From Candidatus Marinacidobacterales bacterium (GTDB lineage: Bacteria; Acidobacteriota; Vicinamibacteria; Marinacidobacterales; SMYC01), in the NCBI GenBank assembly GCA_965237955.1, contig OZ250169.1:1408001-1472000 (forward strand): a stretch of 64,000 nt of DNA, written 5' to 3'. A program made the translations under genes and the position numbers. How positions within the stretch are numbered: the stretch's first letter is position 1; every line of letters starts with the position of its first letter. Below, one piece after another: positions 21,378 to 31,810 of this stretch. The notes below the pieces were generated by a model. The model searched no databases. It had not been told where the DNA came from and saw only the letters and a program-made list of their open reading frames with translations.

Positions 21378-22265
21378 CTACATCATCCTTTCGATGATGC
21401 GATCGCTCTGCTCTTTGGTGAGCGCCGGGACTGCTGTTGCGACGGGTCCCGCCTCGAGCACCGGTTCTTGATCGTTGAGCGCCGGAACGTCTTCGTTCTT
21501 GTAATAGAGGCCAGTGTAGATCATGTCGTCCCAGTGCATCGCCTTTTCACAGGCGCTCTTCCAATCAGACGGATCATGGTCTTCGTCTTCCAGTTTTTTG
21601 ATCCGTTCGCGGAAGAAATCGTAGCTGTTGTGCTTGTTGAACGTCACGCACGGGCTGAAACAATCGATGAACGAAAACCCTTTGTGCTCGATCGCTTGCT
21701 GTATGAGAGACAGCAGGTGTTTGCCGTGGCCCGAGAATCCACGCGCGACGAAGGTCGCGCCGTTCATGATCGAGGAGGTGACGGCGTTGTAGGGCCTCTC
21801 GAGGTTGCCGAACGGCGTCGACTTCGTCTTCATGCCGACCTCACTCGCGGGGCTTACCTGGCCTGTTGTCAGACCGTAGATCTGGTTGTTCATCACGAGG
21901 TAAGTCATGTCGACGTTGCGCCGCGCGGTGTGAGTGAAATGATTGCCGCCGATGCCGTATCCGTCGCCGTCACCGCCCGTGACCAACACCGTTAGCTCGG
22001 GGTTGGCGAACTTCACGCCGGTCGCGACTGCCAACGCGCGGCCGTGGAGCGTGTGCATGCCGTACGTGCTGAGGTAACCCGGGAAGTTGGAGGAGCAGCC
22101 GATCCCGCTCACACACATGATTTCGTGAGGCTTTCTGCCCAACGCGGCCAACGCTTTTTGCACGGCGTTCAGAAGACCGAAGTCGCCGCAACCGGGGCAC
22201 CAGTCTGGATCGATTTTGCTCTTGAAATCTTTCGCTTTGAGCTCGGGTAGTGCGGTTGTCGCCAT
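21378..22265 (-). CDS. 2-oxoacid:ferredoxin oxidoreductase beta subunit
   Basis: WCPGCG, SGIGCS, HGR, GGDGD, NNQIYGLT. Confidence 0.95.
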   Translation of the reverse strand: MATTALPELKAKDFKSKIDPDWCPGCGDFGLLNAVQKALAALGRKPHEIMCVSGIGCSSNFPGYLSTYGMHTLHGRALAVATGVKFANPELTVLVTGGDGDGYGIGGNHFTHTARRNVDMTYLVMNNQIYGLTTGQVSPASEVGMKTKSTPFGNLERPYNAVTSSIMNGATFVARGFSGHGKHLLSLIQQAIEHKGFSFIDCFSPCVTFNKHNSYDFFRERIKKLEDEDHDPSDWKSACEKAMHWDDMIYTGLYYKNEDVPALNDQEPVLEAGPVATAVPALTKEQSDRIIERMM

Positions 22266-22274
22266 CTTCGTCTC

Positions 22275-24065
22275 CTAAACCATGATCTCTTGAAAGGGCA
22301 CGAAGACGCCGTCTTCGACCTCTTTCTTGTCGCCCAGGTGATCCAAAACGCCGTTCACGACGTGGTGCGGCTGGAATGGCTCGCCGTCGTATTTGCGGAT
22401 GTGGCCGTCCACCGCACAGCCGGTTTCGCTCCTGAGGAAACGGTGGAACTGGCCCGAGTGGTTGTTCTCGACGATGAGCACCTTCTTGGCTTTGTCGATA
22501 ACGGCTGCCACCGCCTCGGTATGGAAAGGCTGGATCCACTTCACCGCCAGCTGGTTCGCTTTGACGCCTCGAGCCTCGAGAAGTGCGCGCGCCTCGCGGA
22601 TGACGCCTTCGGTCGAGCCGAAGCCGACGAGAGTGACGTCGGCGTCCGCAGGTCCAACGAGCTCGGGTGCATCGACTTTGTCGAGAAACGTCGACAGTTT
22701 CCGAGCGCGCTTTTCGACCATCTCGCGGCGTTTGTGCGGGTTGGTGAACTCGTCGCTGATGAGCACACTGTCCTCGTCGTGCTCGTCCGTGGCCGCAACG
22801 TAAGCATGGCCGGCCACGCCGGGGATGGCGCGCGGTGAGATGCCGCTGTCGGTGATCTTGTAGCGCTGATAGCCGTTGGTCGCTCCGCCTTCGGTGATGA
22901 CGTCGCCGCGGTCGATCGTCGGCTGCATGTTGATGGCGTCGGGGTCGACGCTGAACGTGCCTTCCGAGATCAAGAGGTCGGACAGCACAATCGCCGGACA
23001 CTGGTAGTGATCGACGAGGTTGAACACCTCGGCGATGGTGTCGAACGCATCGAGGGCGTCCTTGGGCGCGACGATGACGCGCTCGAAGTCGCCCTGGCTG
23101 GCACCGAGCATCTGCCACAGGTCGCCTTGCTCGGTTTTCGTGGGAACGCCCGTCGACGGACCCGCCCGTTGCACGTTGATGAAAACGACCGGGATCTCCA
23201 TCATGCCGGCGGCACCGACCGCTTCGGTCATGAGGGCAAAGCCTCCGCCCGACGTCGCGCACATCGTGCGCGCGCCGGTGTTCGCTGCCCCGAGCGCGAC
23301 ATTGGCGACACCGATCTCGTCTTCGATTTGGCGCACCATGATGCCGCACTCGCGCGCGTTTTTCGCCATCCAGTGAAGAACACCCGTGGCCGGGCTCATG
23401 GGGTAGGCGGCGTAGAATTTGACGCCGGCCGCGGCGCCGCCCATGGCAATCGCGTCGTTGCCCGTCCACACCGCCATCGGCTTGTCGCCTTTCGGAAGCG
23501 AGCTCGCGAACGGTTTGAATTTCATTTTCGCGTGGTCGAAGCCGGACATCGCTACGCTGACGTTCTCGGCAACGACGACGTCGCCCTTCGCCCTGAACTG
23601 CATCGTCAGCGCGTCCTCGAGGACTTTGAACTCCATCCCGAGCAAGTTGCTCATGACGCCGAGCGCGACGGTGTTCTGGATGAGCTTGTTGCGGTTGTCT
23701 TCGGTGAGCTCTTTGATGGGCATCCCGCACAGCTGGACACCATCCTGCACTTCGGCCGGCTTGATATCGTCGCTGTTGTAGATGATCGCGCCCCCTTTCA
23801 CCACGTGCCGTGCGTGCCGGTCCATCGTGTCCTGGTTCAAGGCCAAGATGAGGTCGAGCTTGTCGCCGTGGGTGTCGACCGGACCGTCCTTGACCCGCAC
23901 CGTGAGAAAGATGTGCCCACCACGGATGATGGATTGGTACGCGTTGTAGGCGTACAGGTTGAGGCCCCGGCGCACGAGGATACGCGCGAGGATGTTCCCG
24001 GGCGTTGCAATACCTTGCCCGGCCGCCCCACCGATGGCGAAGGCGAAATCATAGCCGCTGGACAT
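22275..24065 (-). CDS. 2-oxoacid:ferredoxin oxidoreductase alpha subunit
   Basis: GG.AGQG, IRGG, GNDA, YPMSPA, EDEI, QRAGPSTG.PT. Confidence 0.95.
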   Translation of the reverse strand: MSSGYDFAFAIGGAAGQGIATPGNILARILVRRGLNLYAYNAYQSIIRGGHIFLTVRVKDGPVDTHGDKLDLILALNQDTMDRHARHVVKGGAIIYNSDDIKPAEVQDGVQLCGMPIKELTEDNRNKLIQNTVALGVMSNLLGMEFKVLEDALTMQFRAKGDVVVAENVSVAMSGFDHAKMKFKPFASSLPKGDKPMAVWTGNDAIAMGGAAAGVKFYAAYPMSPATGVLHWMAKNARECGIMVRQIEDEIGVANVALGAANTGARTMCATSGGGFALMTEAVGAAGMMEIPVVFINVQRAGPSTGVPTKTEQGDLWQMLGASQGDFERVIVAPKDALDAFDTIAEVFNLVDHYQCPAIVLSDLLISEGTFSVDPDAINMQPTIDRGDVITEGGATNGYQRYKITDSGISPRAIPGVAGHAYVAATDEHDEDSVLISDEFTNPHKRREMVEKRARKLSTFLDKVDAPELVGPADADVTLVGFGSTEGVIREARALLEARGVKANQLAVKWIQPFHTEAVAAVIDKAKKVLIVENNHSGQFHRFLRSETGCAVDGHIRKYDGEPFQPHHVVNGVLDHLGDKKEVEDGVFVPFQEIMV

Positions 24066-24430
24066 TTTTCCTCCAACAAGAGAGTTCGGGTCAGATTTTA
24101 AGGGGTTCAGGATTTTCTGCACCCGGGCAACTTTAGAAGTTTATCACTCTGGCCCCAACCTGGAAAGTGGCCGAAGAAGGCCCCGTTGCGGGCCCCCAAA
24201 CCCCCCGTGCCCGATCCACCCCCCCTGCCCCTGCCCGTCCCCGTTTCCGACCAGTACTTTGGACGTTTTGAGCGAATCGGGCTGTGGGTTCGGCAGGGCC
24301 CGCAGTCGAGACGAATTTGGGCACGGGCACAAGCGTTGGCGTTGGCGTTTGAACTGGGACGGGGACGGGCAAGGGCAGGGGGCACAACAGTGATTCTCAA
24401 CACGGCGGTGGGTTGTTACACTGATACCCC

Positions 24431-25684
24431 ATGCAGGGTCGTTGGGCGCGGGACGCCGTCAATATCATCGTTGCCGTGGCCGTCTTCGCGGGTGCGTTCG
24501 GATTCTACTACCTGACCGGGCCGGCGGATGTGGCGTGGATGGAAGGTGCGGAGTACCAACGCCGCGTTGCGCAAACCGATATCGGGAACGGACCGTGGGA
24601 GCATCCGCTGTTCGTCTTCCTCTCCCAGCCGTTCTTGCTCCTACCGTGGGGAGAGCTCGCGCGCCGCGCGAACTGGGCGGCCGCCGCCTCCGCTGCCGGC
24701 GCGTGTCTGTTCGTCTACCTCTTGTTGAAGAGCCTGCTTACGATGGCGCCCCAGTTCATTGCGAGGCGCGTCGGCGTCCTCGCCGCGGTCTCGCTCGGCG
24801 TGTCGCACACGTTCTGGATGCGCGCGGTCACGCCCGGTCCGGAGCCTCTGGATGCTCTATTGCTCGCGGCGATGTTGTACTTTCTGATTCGTTTCGCGAA
24901 CGTCGGGGGTGCGACCAACCTCTATATCGGCATGGGGATTCTCGGGCTCTCGCTCGCCAACAATCTCCTGATGGTCTTTCTGGTCCCGATTGTGTTCCTA
25001 TGGGCTCGTGTCGTGCAGCCACCGCTTATCCGAGAGATCGGCAAAGTCCGCTTCCGCGGCCTGGCGATGTTCGTTGCCGGAGCATCGGTTGCACTTGCGG
25101 TAACGGCGTGGGGATGGACGAAGACGGGTTTTCTCATACCGCCGGTTCAGAAGAGCTGGCTCCCATTCTGGGAGCACATGATGCTCACCTGGGAGCCACC
25201 GCTACAGGAGTCGTTGATGCGCTTCGGCGCGATGGTGCTCTTGAACTTCCCACCGTGGACGGCGGTTATCGGTCTTCTCGGATTGTGGGAGCTCTATCGC
25301 CGACAGAAGTACGTTTTCTTTCTCATCTTCCCGTTGTTTCTCGTGCACGCGTTCTTGGTCGTGACGCTCCGCCTCGGCGCGCCGGTGCCGTCTTATTTGC
25401 CGGCGTGGGTACTCCTTTCGGTGGCCGTCGGGTTCGGGTGGTGGAAGCTCCTGTCGAGCGGCGGGTGGCAGGGCTTCGCCGTGGCTATCCTTTTGTGTGC
25501 CTCGCCGCTCGTGATCTATCGCTTTGCACATGATGGGCTTGCACCCGCCCCACCCCGTCATCACGACGAAGCTTGCGACCCACCATCTACAGGCGACAGG
25601 CGAGTGGTTTCACGTCATGCCCCGGACTGCCTTCACCGATCGAGTGTTGGCGGACGCGCCGGTCTCGTCGATAGAGCCTGGTGA
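24431..25684 (+). CDS. DUF2723-like multi-TM membrane glycosyltransferase; 3' end looks disrupted after ~25530
   Basis: Many TM helices, E.AEYQ / HPLF / S.TFW pattern; C-terminus loses coherence. Confidence 0.55.
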   Translation: MQGRWARDAVNIIVAVAVFAGAFGFYYLTGPADVAWMEGAEYQRRVAQTDIGNGPWEHPLFVFLSQPFLLLPWGELARRANWAAAASAAGACLFVYLLLKSLLTMAPQFIARRVGVLAAVSLGVSHTFWMRAVTPGPEPLDALLLAAMLYFLIRFANVGGATNLYIGMGILGLSLANNLLMVFLVPIVFLWARVVQPPLIREIGKVRFRGLAMFVAGASVALAVTAWGWTKTGFLIPPVQKSWLPFWEHMMLTWEPPLQESLMRFGAMVLLNFPPWTAVIGLLGLWELYRRQKYVFFLIFPLFLVHAFLVVTLRLGAPVPSYLPAWVLLSVAVGFGWWKLLSSGGWQGFAVAILLCASPLVIYRFAHDGLAPAPPRHHDEACDPPSTGDRRVVSRHAPDCLHRSSVGGRAGLVDRAW

Positions 25685-25927
25685 GCCTGCTGAGCCCGGT
25701 CAGGCCGCTCAAGAAAACGTAGAAGTCGCGGATGACGCTCTCGACGACTCGCACCTCATCGGAAGGTGGTACGGCTACGTCGAGCCACAGGGCTACCCGG
25801 TGACGCTACGGATCCATCCCTGATCACAAAACAGACGCTAACACAACCGCGACTCGGCCTCGACCGGAACGTTCATGAGGTCTCACCGAAGATCTCCAGT
25901 TGATTTCTGGATTCCGAGCCGCTAGGA

Positions 25928-26482
25928 TTGGCGACACTTTCTGGCGTGAGAGACCTCTTGAGCTTCATTAACGGTTCGATCGACTTCACCGATAAGAAAA
26001 TACTATCGGCACTCCTGTCCAAGGGTCGCAGCACGTTCGCGGAGCTCGCCGCCCAGGTCGGACTCACCGCGCCAACCGTCCACGACCGCGTCAAAAAACT
26101 CGAGAGAAGCGGAGTCATCGAAGGCTACACCGCGATCATCAATCCCGCCTCGCTCGGATACGACATCACCGCGATGGTTCGGATTACCACCGTTGCCGAC
26201 GTGACGTCTCACGACTACGAGAGTCATCTCGCCGAGATCTCGGAGATCCAGCAATGCTTCTCCGTCGCCGGAGAAGAGACCTACGTCGCGCTGATTCTCA
26301 CCCGCACGCCCAAAACCCTCGAGACGGTCCTGCAGCGCATCAAGACGATTCCGGGAACGATGGCGACGAAGACGTCGGTGGTATTGTCGGCTCCGATTAG
26401 CCGGCACACGTTGCCTCAAAAGGAAGACGTCCGCGAGTTTCCCGCCGAATCGACCAACGAATCCGCGTCCATAGCGCGTTAG
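25928..26482 (+). CDS. Lrp/AsnC-family regulator
   Basis: D.TDKKIL..L...GR.TFAELA..VGLT.PTV..RVKKLE..GVI.GY. Confidence 0.92.
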   Translation: MATLSGVRDLLSFINGSIDFTDKKILSALLSKGRSTFAELAAQVGLTAPTVHDRVKKLERSGVIEGYTAIINPASLGYDITAMVRITTVADVTSHDYESHLAEISEIQQCFSVAGEETYVALILTRTPKTLETVLQRIKTIPGTMATKTSVVLSAPISRHTLPQKEDVREFPAESTNESASIAR

Positions 26483-27837
26483 TGGTGCCTCCGCATCAGC
26501 GTATTCATCGCAACCAGTAAAGGATTCCAAAGCGCTCCCGCGGGCGGCGCATACGCCAGATCGAGCTGCGCCGCCTCTCGAACCGTCATCCGAGCGGTCA
26601 AGGCGGTCGCGGCCACGTCGATTGCGGACGCTGCCTCCGCGCTTCCTACGAGCTGGGCACCGAGGAGGCGTCCGGAGTCTCGATCTGCGAGAACTTTGAC
26701 CGACGCCGGCGCGCCCCCGAAATAGTGAGCTCGCGATCGCGCCTCGATCGTCGACTCGACGACCGAGAATCCGCCGCGGGTCGCCTCTTCCGTGTTCAAG
26801 CCCGTCCGCGCCGCAACGACGTCGAAGACTTTCACGATGCTCGTCCCCACCGCTCCGATGAAACGCGAGCGCTCTCCGGCGAGATTCTCCCCCGCGATGC
26901 GGCCCTGTTTCGCGGCGACGGTTCCGAGCGGGATCAACGCCGGGCCGCCACTCACGAGATGATGCGTCTCCGCGCAGTTTCCGGCCGCGTAGACGCCAGG
27001 GAGGTTGGTCTCGAGACGCTCGTTGACCACGATCGCGCCGCTCGCGCCGATTTCGACGCCCGCCTTGGCCGCGAGCTCCACCGAGGCCACGACGCCCACA
27101 TCGACGAACACGAGCTCCGCGGGAATACGGAGCGAGCCGGTGGCGAGCTCGACCGCTTCCACTTCGCCGCTCCGATTTCCGGCGACGCGCTTGACCCGAC
27201 GGTTCGTCATGACGGTGACGCCGTGACGGGACAGCTCGTCTTCCACGAGCTTGGCCATGTCGGGGTCGAGCGCGGAGAAGATTTGCGGGGCCGAGTCTAC
27301 GAGCGTGACCGACAAACCACGCGCAACCATCGCTTCGGCGATCTCGAGACCTACGTAGCCGCCACCTATTAGCACCGCGCGACGCGCTTGCCGCATGCCC
27401 AGCCACGAGTGAATGGCTTCGGCGTCGCCGAGCCGGCTCGCCGTGAATACGCCCTTCAGGTGGGCACCTTCGACATCGGGCGTGACGGGCCGGTAGCCCG
27501 TCGCAACCAGGACTTTGTCGTAGCCCAGGGTCTCGCGTTTTCCCGAGCGTCCGTCTTCGACCGTCACCTTCCGCTGCGAGGCCATGAGCTCGACCGCCCG
27601 GCACTCGACGCGGGCGTCGATCCCCCGATCGTTTTTGAGGCTTTCCGGCGTGAACAGCTCGAGCTCGGATAACTCGGGCACGAGCCCGCTCAGAAAATAC
27701 GGCAGCCCACAAATGCTATAGGCGATGCGAGGGCTCGCTTCGAGAACGGTCACCTCGAGCGAGGGGTCCAGCCGCTTGGCGCGTGAGGCAGCCGTCATCC
27801 CGGCCGCATTCCCCCCGATCACGAGAATGCGCGTCAT
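26479..27837 (-). CDS. CoA-disulfide reductase / NADH oxidase-family flavoprotein
   Basis: GGNAAG, YSICGLPY, GGGYVGLE, DLAYAPP. Confidence 0.88.
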   Translation of the reverse strand: MTRILVIGGNAAGMTAASRAKRLDPSLEVTVLEASPRIAYSICGLPYFLSGLVPELSELELFTPESLKNDRGIDARVECRAVELMASQRKVTVEDGRSGKRETLGYDKVLVATGYRPVTPDVEGAHLKGVFTASRLGDAEAIHSWLGMRQARRAVLIGGGYVGLEIAEAMVARGLSVTLVDSAPQIFSALDPDMAKLVEDELSRHGVTVMTNRRVKRVAGNRSGEVEAVELATGSLRIPAELVFVDVGVVASVELAAKAGVEIGASGAIVVNERLETNLPGVYAAGNCAETHHLVSGGPALIPLGTVAAKQGRIAGENLAGERSRFIGAVGTSIVKVFDVVAARTGLNTEEATRGGFSVVESTIEARSRAHYFGGAPASVKVLADRDSGRLLGAQLVGSAEAASAIDVAATALTARMTVREAAQLDLAYAPPAGALWNPLLVAMNTLMRRHH

Positions 27838-28529
27838 TCTGAGTCTGAGTCTGAGACCGGCGCGTATTGCCGAAGGTAGTCGCCGATGGCGGCCATCAGC
27901 TCATCGCTGAGGTTTCCACCACGGTGAAGGATGTCGACCATCTCGCGCACGGTGATCACCGGGAGCACCGGGATGCCGAGGGAGTCCTCGAGCTCGCTCA
28001 ATGTGCTCTTCTTTCCTGAGCCTCGCTCCTGCCGATCCACCGCGACGACGATGCCGGTGATCCGGACGGACGCTTGGCCGAGGAGCTCGACCGAGTGGCG
28101 GATGGAAGCGCCGGACGTAATGACGTCGTCCACGATCACGGCCGATAGACCCGCTTCCGGTTGCGTGCCCACAAAGCGACTCCCTTCACCGTGGTCTTTG
28201 ACCTCCTTGCGGTCGAACGCGAACCCGACGTCCGAGCCGAGCTCGGCGAGCGCGCTCGCTGTAGCCACGGCGAGCGGGATACCTTTATAAGAGGGTCCGA
28301 ACACGAAGTCACACTCGAGTCCCTCGGCGAGCATGCGGGCGGCGTAAGCACGGCCCAACCCCGCGATCGCACTTCCGGTACGCAGCTGGCCCGCGTTGAT
28401 GAAATAGGGCGACGTGCGCCCGGATTTCAGGGTGAACTCCCCGAAACGGACGACGTCGCTCGCCGCGAGGAGCTCGACGAAGCGCTTCTTGTAGGCGTCA
28501 TCTCGAGGGTCAGTCTCAGGGTCAGGCAC
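27834..28529 (-). CDS. pyrE: Orotate phosphoribosyltransferase
   Basis: FGEFTLKSGR.SPYF, GP.YKGIP, RKE.KDHGEG, VDDVITSG; start uncertain. Confidence 0.95.
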   Translation of the reverse strand: MPDPETDPRDDAYKKRFVELLAASDVVRFGEFTLKSGRTSPYFINAGQLRTGSAIAGLGRAYAARMLAEGLECDFVFGPSYKGIPLAVATASALAELGSDVGFAFDRKEVKDHGEGSRFVGTQPEAGLSAVIVDDVITSGASIRHSVELLGQASVRITGIVVAVDRQERGSGKKSTLSELEDSLGIPVLPVITVREMVDILHRGGNLSDELMAAIGDYLRQYAPVSDSDSE

Positions 28530-28588
28530 GGCGGGAGCATAACGCATCTTGTGCGCCCACAGCCATTTCTGATACAACCTTGCCAACC

Positions 28589-29560
28589 ATGGAGCTGATC
28601 CATCGCCCTCGACGCCTCAGGCGCAGCGAGCCCATCCGTACGCTCGTGCGAGAGACGGCGCTGTCACCAGGTGAGCTCATCGCACCGCTTTTCGTCAAGG
28701 AAGGCAAGGGAGTTCGCGAGCCAATCGATACCATGCCTGGCCAATTCCGGCTTTCTTCCGACGAGCTCGTGCGCGAGGCGGAGGAGCTCTGGGGCGTCGG
28801 TGTCCGGGCGGTCAATCTCTTCGGGTATTCGGACACCAAGGACGAGGGCGCCACTGAATCCTACAACCCCGAAGGGGTTATCCCGAACGCAGTGCGCGCC
28901 CTCAAAAGAGCGCTACCTGAGCTGTGCGTCCAGACCGACGTTGCCCTCGACCCATACTCGGTGCACGGTCACGACGGGCTCGTGATCGATGGCGATGTGG
29001 CCAACGACGAGACCGTGGAAGTCCTCTGTCGCATGGCGCTCGCGCACGCCGAAGCCGGTGTCGACTGGGTCGCGCCCTCGGACATGATGGACGGGCGTGT
29101 CGGCGCCATCCGCGATGCACTCGACGAGGGCGAGTTCACCCACGTCGGGATCCTCGCATATTCCGCGAAGTACGCATCCTGTTTCTACGGTCCCTTCCGG
29201 GGCGCGCTCGACTCCGCGCCGCGCAAAGGCGACAAGAAGTCCTATCAGATGGACCCTGCCAACGCACGAGAGGCGCTCAAAGAGATTGCCCTCGATATCG
29301 AAGAAGGCGCCGATGTCGTCATGGTCAAGCCCGCACTCCCCTACCTCGACGTGATCGCCCGTGTCCGGGCGGAGTTCGACGTTCCCATCGCCGCCTACAA
29401 CGTTTCCGGAGAGTACGGGATGATCGTGGCCGCTGCCGAGAAAGGTTGGATCGACCGCGATTCGGCGATTTTGGAGGCGCTCGTTTCCATCAAGCGCGCC
29501 GGCGCCGACATGATCCTCACCTACTTCGCGAAGGAAGCCGCACGCCTGCTTCGAGCGTAG
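28589..29560 (+). CDS. hemB: Porphobilinogen synthase
   Basis: RPRRLR, APSDMMDGRV, YSAKYAS.FYGPFR, MVKP. Confidence 0.97.
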   Translation: MELIHRPRRLRRSEPIRTLVRETALSPGELIAPLFVKEGKGVREPIDTMPGQFRLSSDELVREAEELWGVGVRAVNLFGYSDTKDEGATESYNPEGVIPNAVRALKRALPELCVQTDVALDPYSVHGHDGLVIDGDVANDETVEVLCRMALAHAEAGVDWVAPSDMMDGRVGAIRDALDEGEFTHVGILAYSAKYASCFYGPFRGALDSAPRKGDKKSYQMDPANAREALKEIALDIEEGADVVMVKPALPYLDVIARVRAEFDVPIAAYNVSGEYGMIVAAAEKGWIDRDSAILEALVSIKRAGADMILTYFAKEAARLLRA

Positions 29561-29561
29561 T

Positions 29562-29950
29562 GCCTGGGCCGGCTACAGCGAGATCGGTGAGAACTTCAAC
29601 CCCGAGGTGGGTTTTCTTTGGCGCCGCAGCTACCGCAGCGTCACGACCGGCGTGTTTCGATTCCTTCGGCCCGATATCGCTCTCTTTCGTGAGCTCCGCC
29701 CCCACGTCGTCTACTCGAGTTTCTAGAATTTCACCGGATTCAAAGAGACAGAATTTCTGCATTTCGATTCTCACTTCGACTTCGAGAACGACGCGCTGTT
29801 CGAACCCGCGGTCAATCACACCGTCCAAGGTTTGAAACAGCCGTTCGCGATCTCCCCCAGCGTCATCGAAGCACCAGGCACCTACACGCACTGGGAGCTC
29901 GGCTGGCGCTGGAACACGAATTTGGCCGCGCCCCTTTCCAGCTCTACGGT
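29562..29950 (+). pseudogene. Internal fragment of a DUF5916-type outer-membrane protein
   Basis: IGENFNPEVGF..R, RELRPH, LHFDSH, PFAISP...PG.Y; in-frame TAG at 29724. Confidence 0.55.
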
Positions 29951-30040
29951 ACAATTAGGGGGACTCGCTCTTGTGTGGCGCGCAGGCTCAACGGAGACGG
30001 CCACAACGCTGAGCAAGCTGAACTCGATCCGCTCCTGCCA

Positions 30041-31531
30041 ATGAGCCGCACCGCCACAATACACGATATCCGAACGCTTCTCCTGTCCTTCTACCCGATG
30101 CTCGTGATCGAGACCGTGGAGGAGGAGCGTGTCCATTCAATTCTTGGCCCGATCGCCGCGGGCTTCCGTCTCCCACTCTTCGAGTGGACGATCACTCACG
30201 GCTTGGTACGACTCCCTTCGCGGGAGCGCATCGTCAACACGAAAGAGCCTCTCCAGCTACTCCAGTACCTCGAGCGCCTCCCGGAAGAGGGCATATTTCA
30301 CCTCAAGGATTTCACGAGACACCTCACCAATCCGACGCTCACACGCTTGCTCCGGGAAGTGGCGACCGTCTTCGGCAAGAGGTGCTCCTTTATCGTCCTG
30401 ACCGAGGAATCGGTAGAGCTTCCTCGCGAGATCGAGCACCTGGTGGCGCACTACCGCCTTCACTTTCCCGATCGAGACGAGCTGCGCGAAGTCGTGGACA
30501 ACGTCGTCCGCTCTCTGAGCAGCTACCATCCGATCCATTTCGAGATCGAGCCACCGGACTTCGAGGAGCTTCTAACCGCGCTCGGCGGATTGACCCTCAA
30601 CCAGGCGCGTCAGACCGTCGCGTATTGCGCCATCGAAGATGGAAGGCTGTCGCCGGAGGACATCCGGCGAGCGCTCGATCGCAAAGCCCAGATCATCAAG
30701 GACGACGGCTTGCTCGAGTATTTCCCGGCGCAGGACAATCGCTATGAGCTGGCTGGCTTCCAGCGGTTGAAGGAGTGGCTCGCGCGCGCCCGTACTGGCT
30801 TCGGTCCTAAAGCGCGGGAGCTGAACTTGAGCTCTCCCCGAGGAATCCTGCTGCTCGGGATCCAGGGGTGTGGGAAGTCACTGGCGGCGAAGTTCGTCGC
30901 GCGGGAGTGGAAGCTGCCGCTCCTGAAGCTCGATGCGGGGCGGCTCTACGACAAATATATCGGCGAGTCGGAGAAGAACCTGAGACGCGCGCTTGAGATG
31001 GCCGAGTCCATGGCGCCGGTCGTGCTGTGGATCGATGAGATCGAGAAGGGTCTGGCGCCGAGCGGAAGCGACGAGGCGGACTCAGGACTGAGCCGCCGAA
31101 TCTTCGGGACCTTCGTGACCTGGCTGCAAGAACGAAAGAAGCAGGTGTTCGTCGTCGCTACGGCGAACGACATATCTCGGCTACCGAGCGAGCTCTTGCG
31201 AAAGCGACGCTTCGACGAGATTTTCTTCGTCGATCTCCCGACTATGGAAGAGCGTGTCGACATATTTCGGATTCACCTGGGTCTCCGAAAACAGGACCCG
31301 AGCGCACTCGATCTGGATCGTCTCGTGCTTGCCACGGAGGGCTTCAGCGGCGCGGAGATCGAGCAGACGGTCGTCTCCGGGCTCTATCGCGCTCTCTACC
31401 GCGGACAGCCACTCGACACGGAGTCTCTCTTGGAAGAGATCCAGGGAACCGTACCCCTTTCGGTATCGAGGCGTGAGGATCTGGCCAGGCTCCGCAAGAT
31501 GGCCGAGCGCCGTTTCGTCAACGTGCGCTAG
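30041..31531 (+). CDS. Ycf46-like AAA ATPase
   Basis: G...LKEWL, GIQGCGKSL.AK, LWIDEIEK, ATAN, RFDEIFFVDLP. Confidence 0.88.
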   Translation: MSRTATIHDIRTLLLSFYPMLVIETVEEERVHSILGPIAAGFRLPLFEWTITHGLVRLPSRERIVNTKEPLQLLQYLERLPEEGIFHLKDFTRHLTNPTLTRLLREVATVFGKRCSFIVLTEESVELPREIEHLVAHYRLHFPDRDELREVVDNVVRSLSSYHPIHFEIEPPDFEELLTALGGLTLNQARQTVAYCAIEDGRLSPEDIRRALDRKAQIIKDDGLLEYFPAQDNRYELAGFQRLKEWLARARTGFGPKARELNLSSPRGILLLGIQGCGKSLAAKFVAREWKLPLLKLDAGRLYDKYIGESEKNLRRALEMAESMAPVVLWIDEIEKGLAPSGSDEADSGLSRRIFGTFVTWLQERKKQVFVVATANDISRLPSELLRKRRFDEIFFVDLPTMEERVDIFRIHLGLRKQDPSALDLDRLVLATEGFSGAEIEQTVVSGLYRALYRGQPLDTESLLEEIQGTVPLSVSRREDLARLRKMAERRFVNVR

Positions 31532-31606
31532 TGCCCGAACAGTCGATACCGCGTCCATGCGCATCACGTTGTGTAGAATCGCCAATGGTAGAGAGGAGAT
31601 CCGATC

Positions 31607-31794
31607 ATGATCATCGGTGCGCATTCGATCACCTATAGCAAGAATCCCGAAGCCGATCGGGCCTTTCTGCGCGACGTGCTCGAGCTCCCGAATGTCGACG
31701 TTGGAGATGGGTGGCTCATTTTGGATTGCCATCGGCGGAAGTAGCCGTGCATCCGTCCGAAAAGAACGATATGCACGAGTTCTATCTGATGTAG
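31607..31794 (+). pseudogene. Truncated VOC/glyoxalase-family gene
   Basis: MIIGAH...YS..PEADRAFLRDVL, G.GWLIF, AEVAVHP; frameshift and early stop. Confidence 0.65.
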
Positions 31795-31810
31795 GGTATC
31801 AGCTGGGCCT

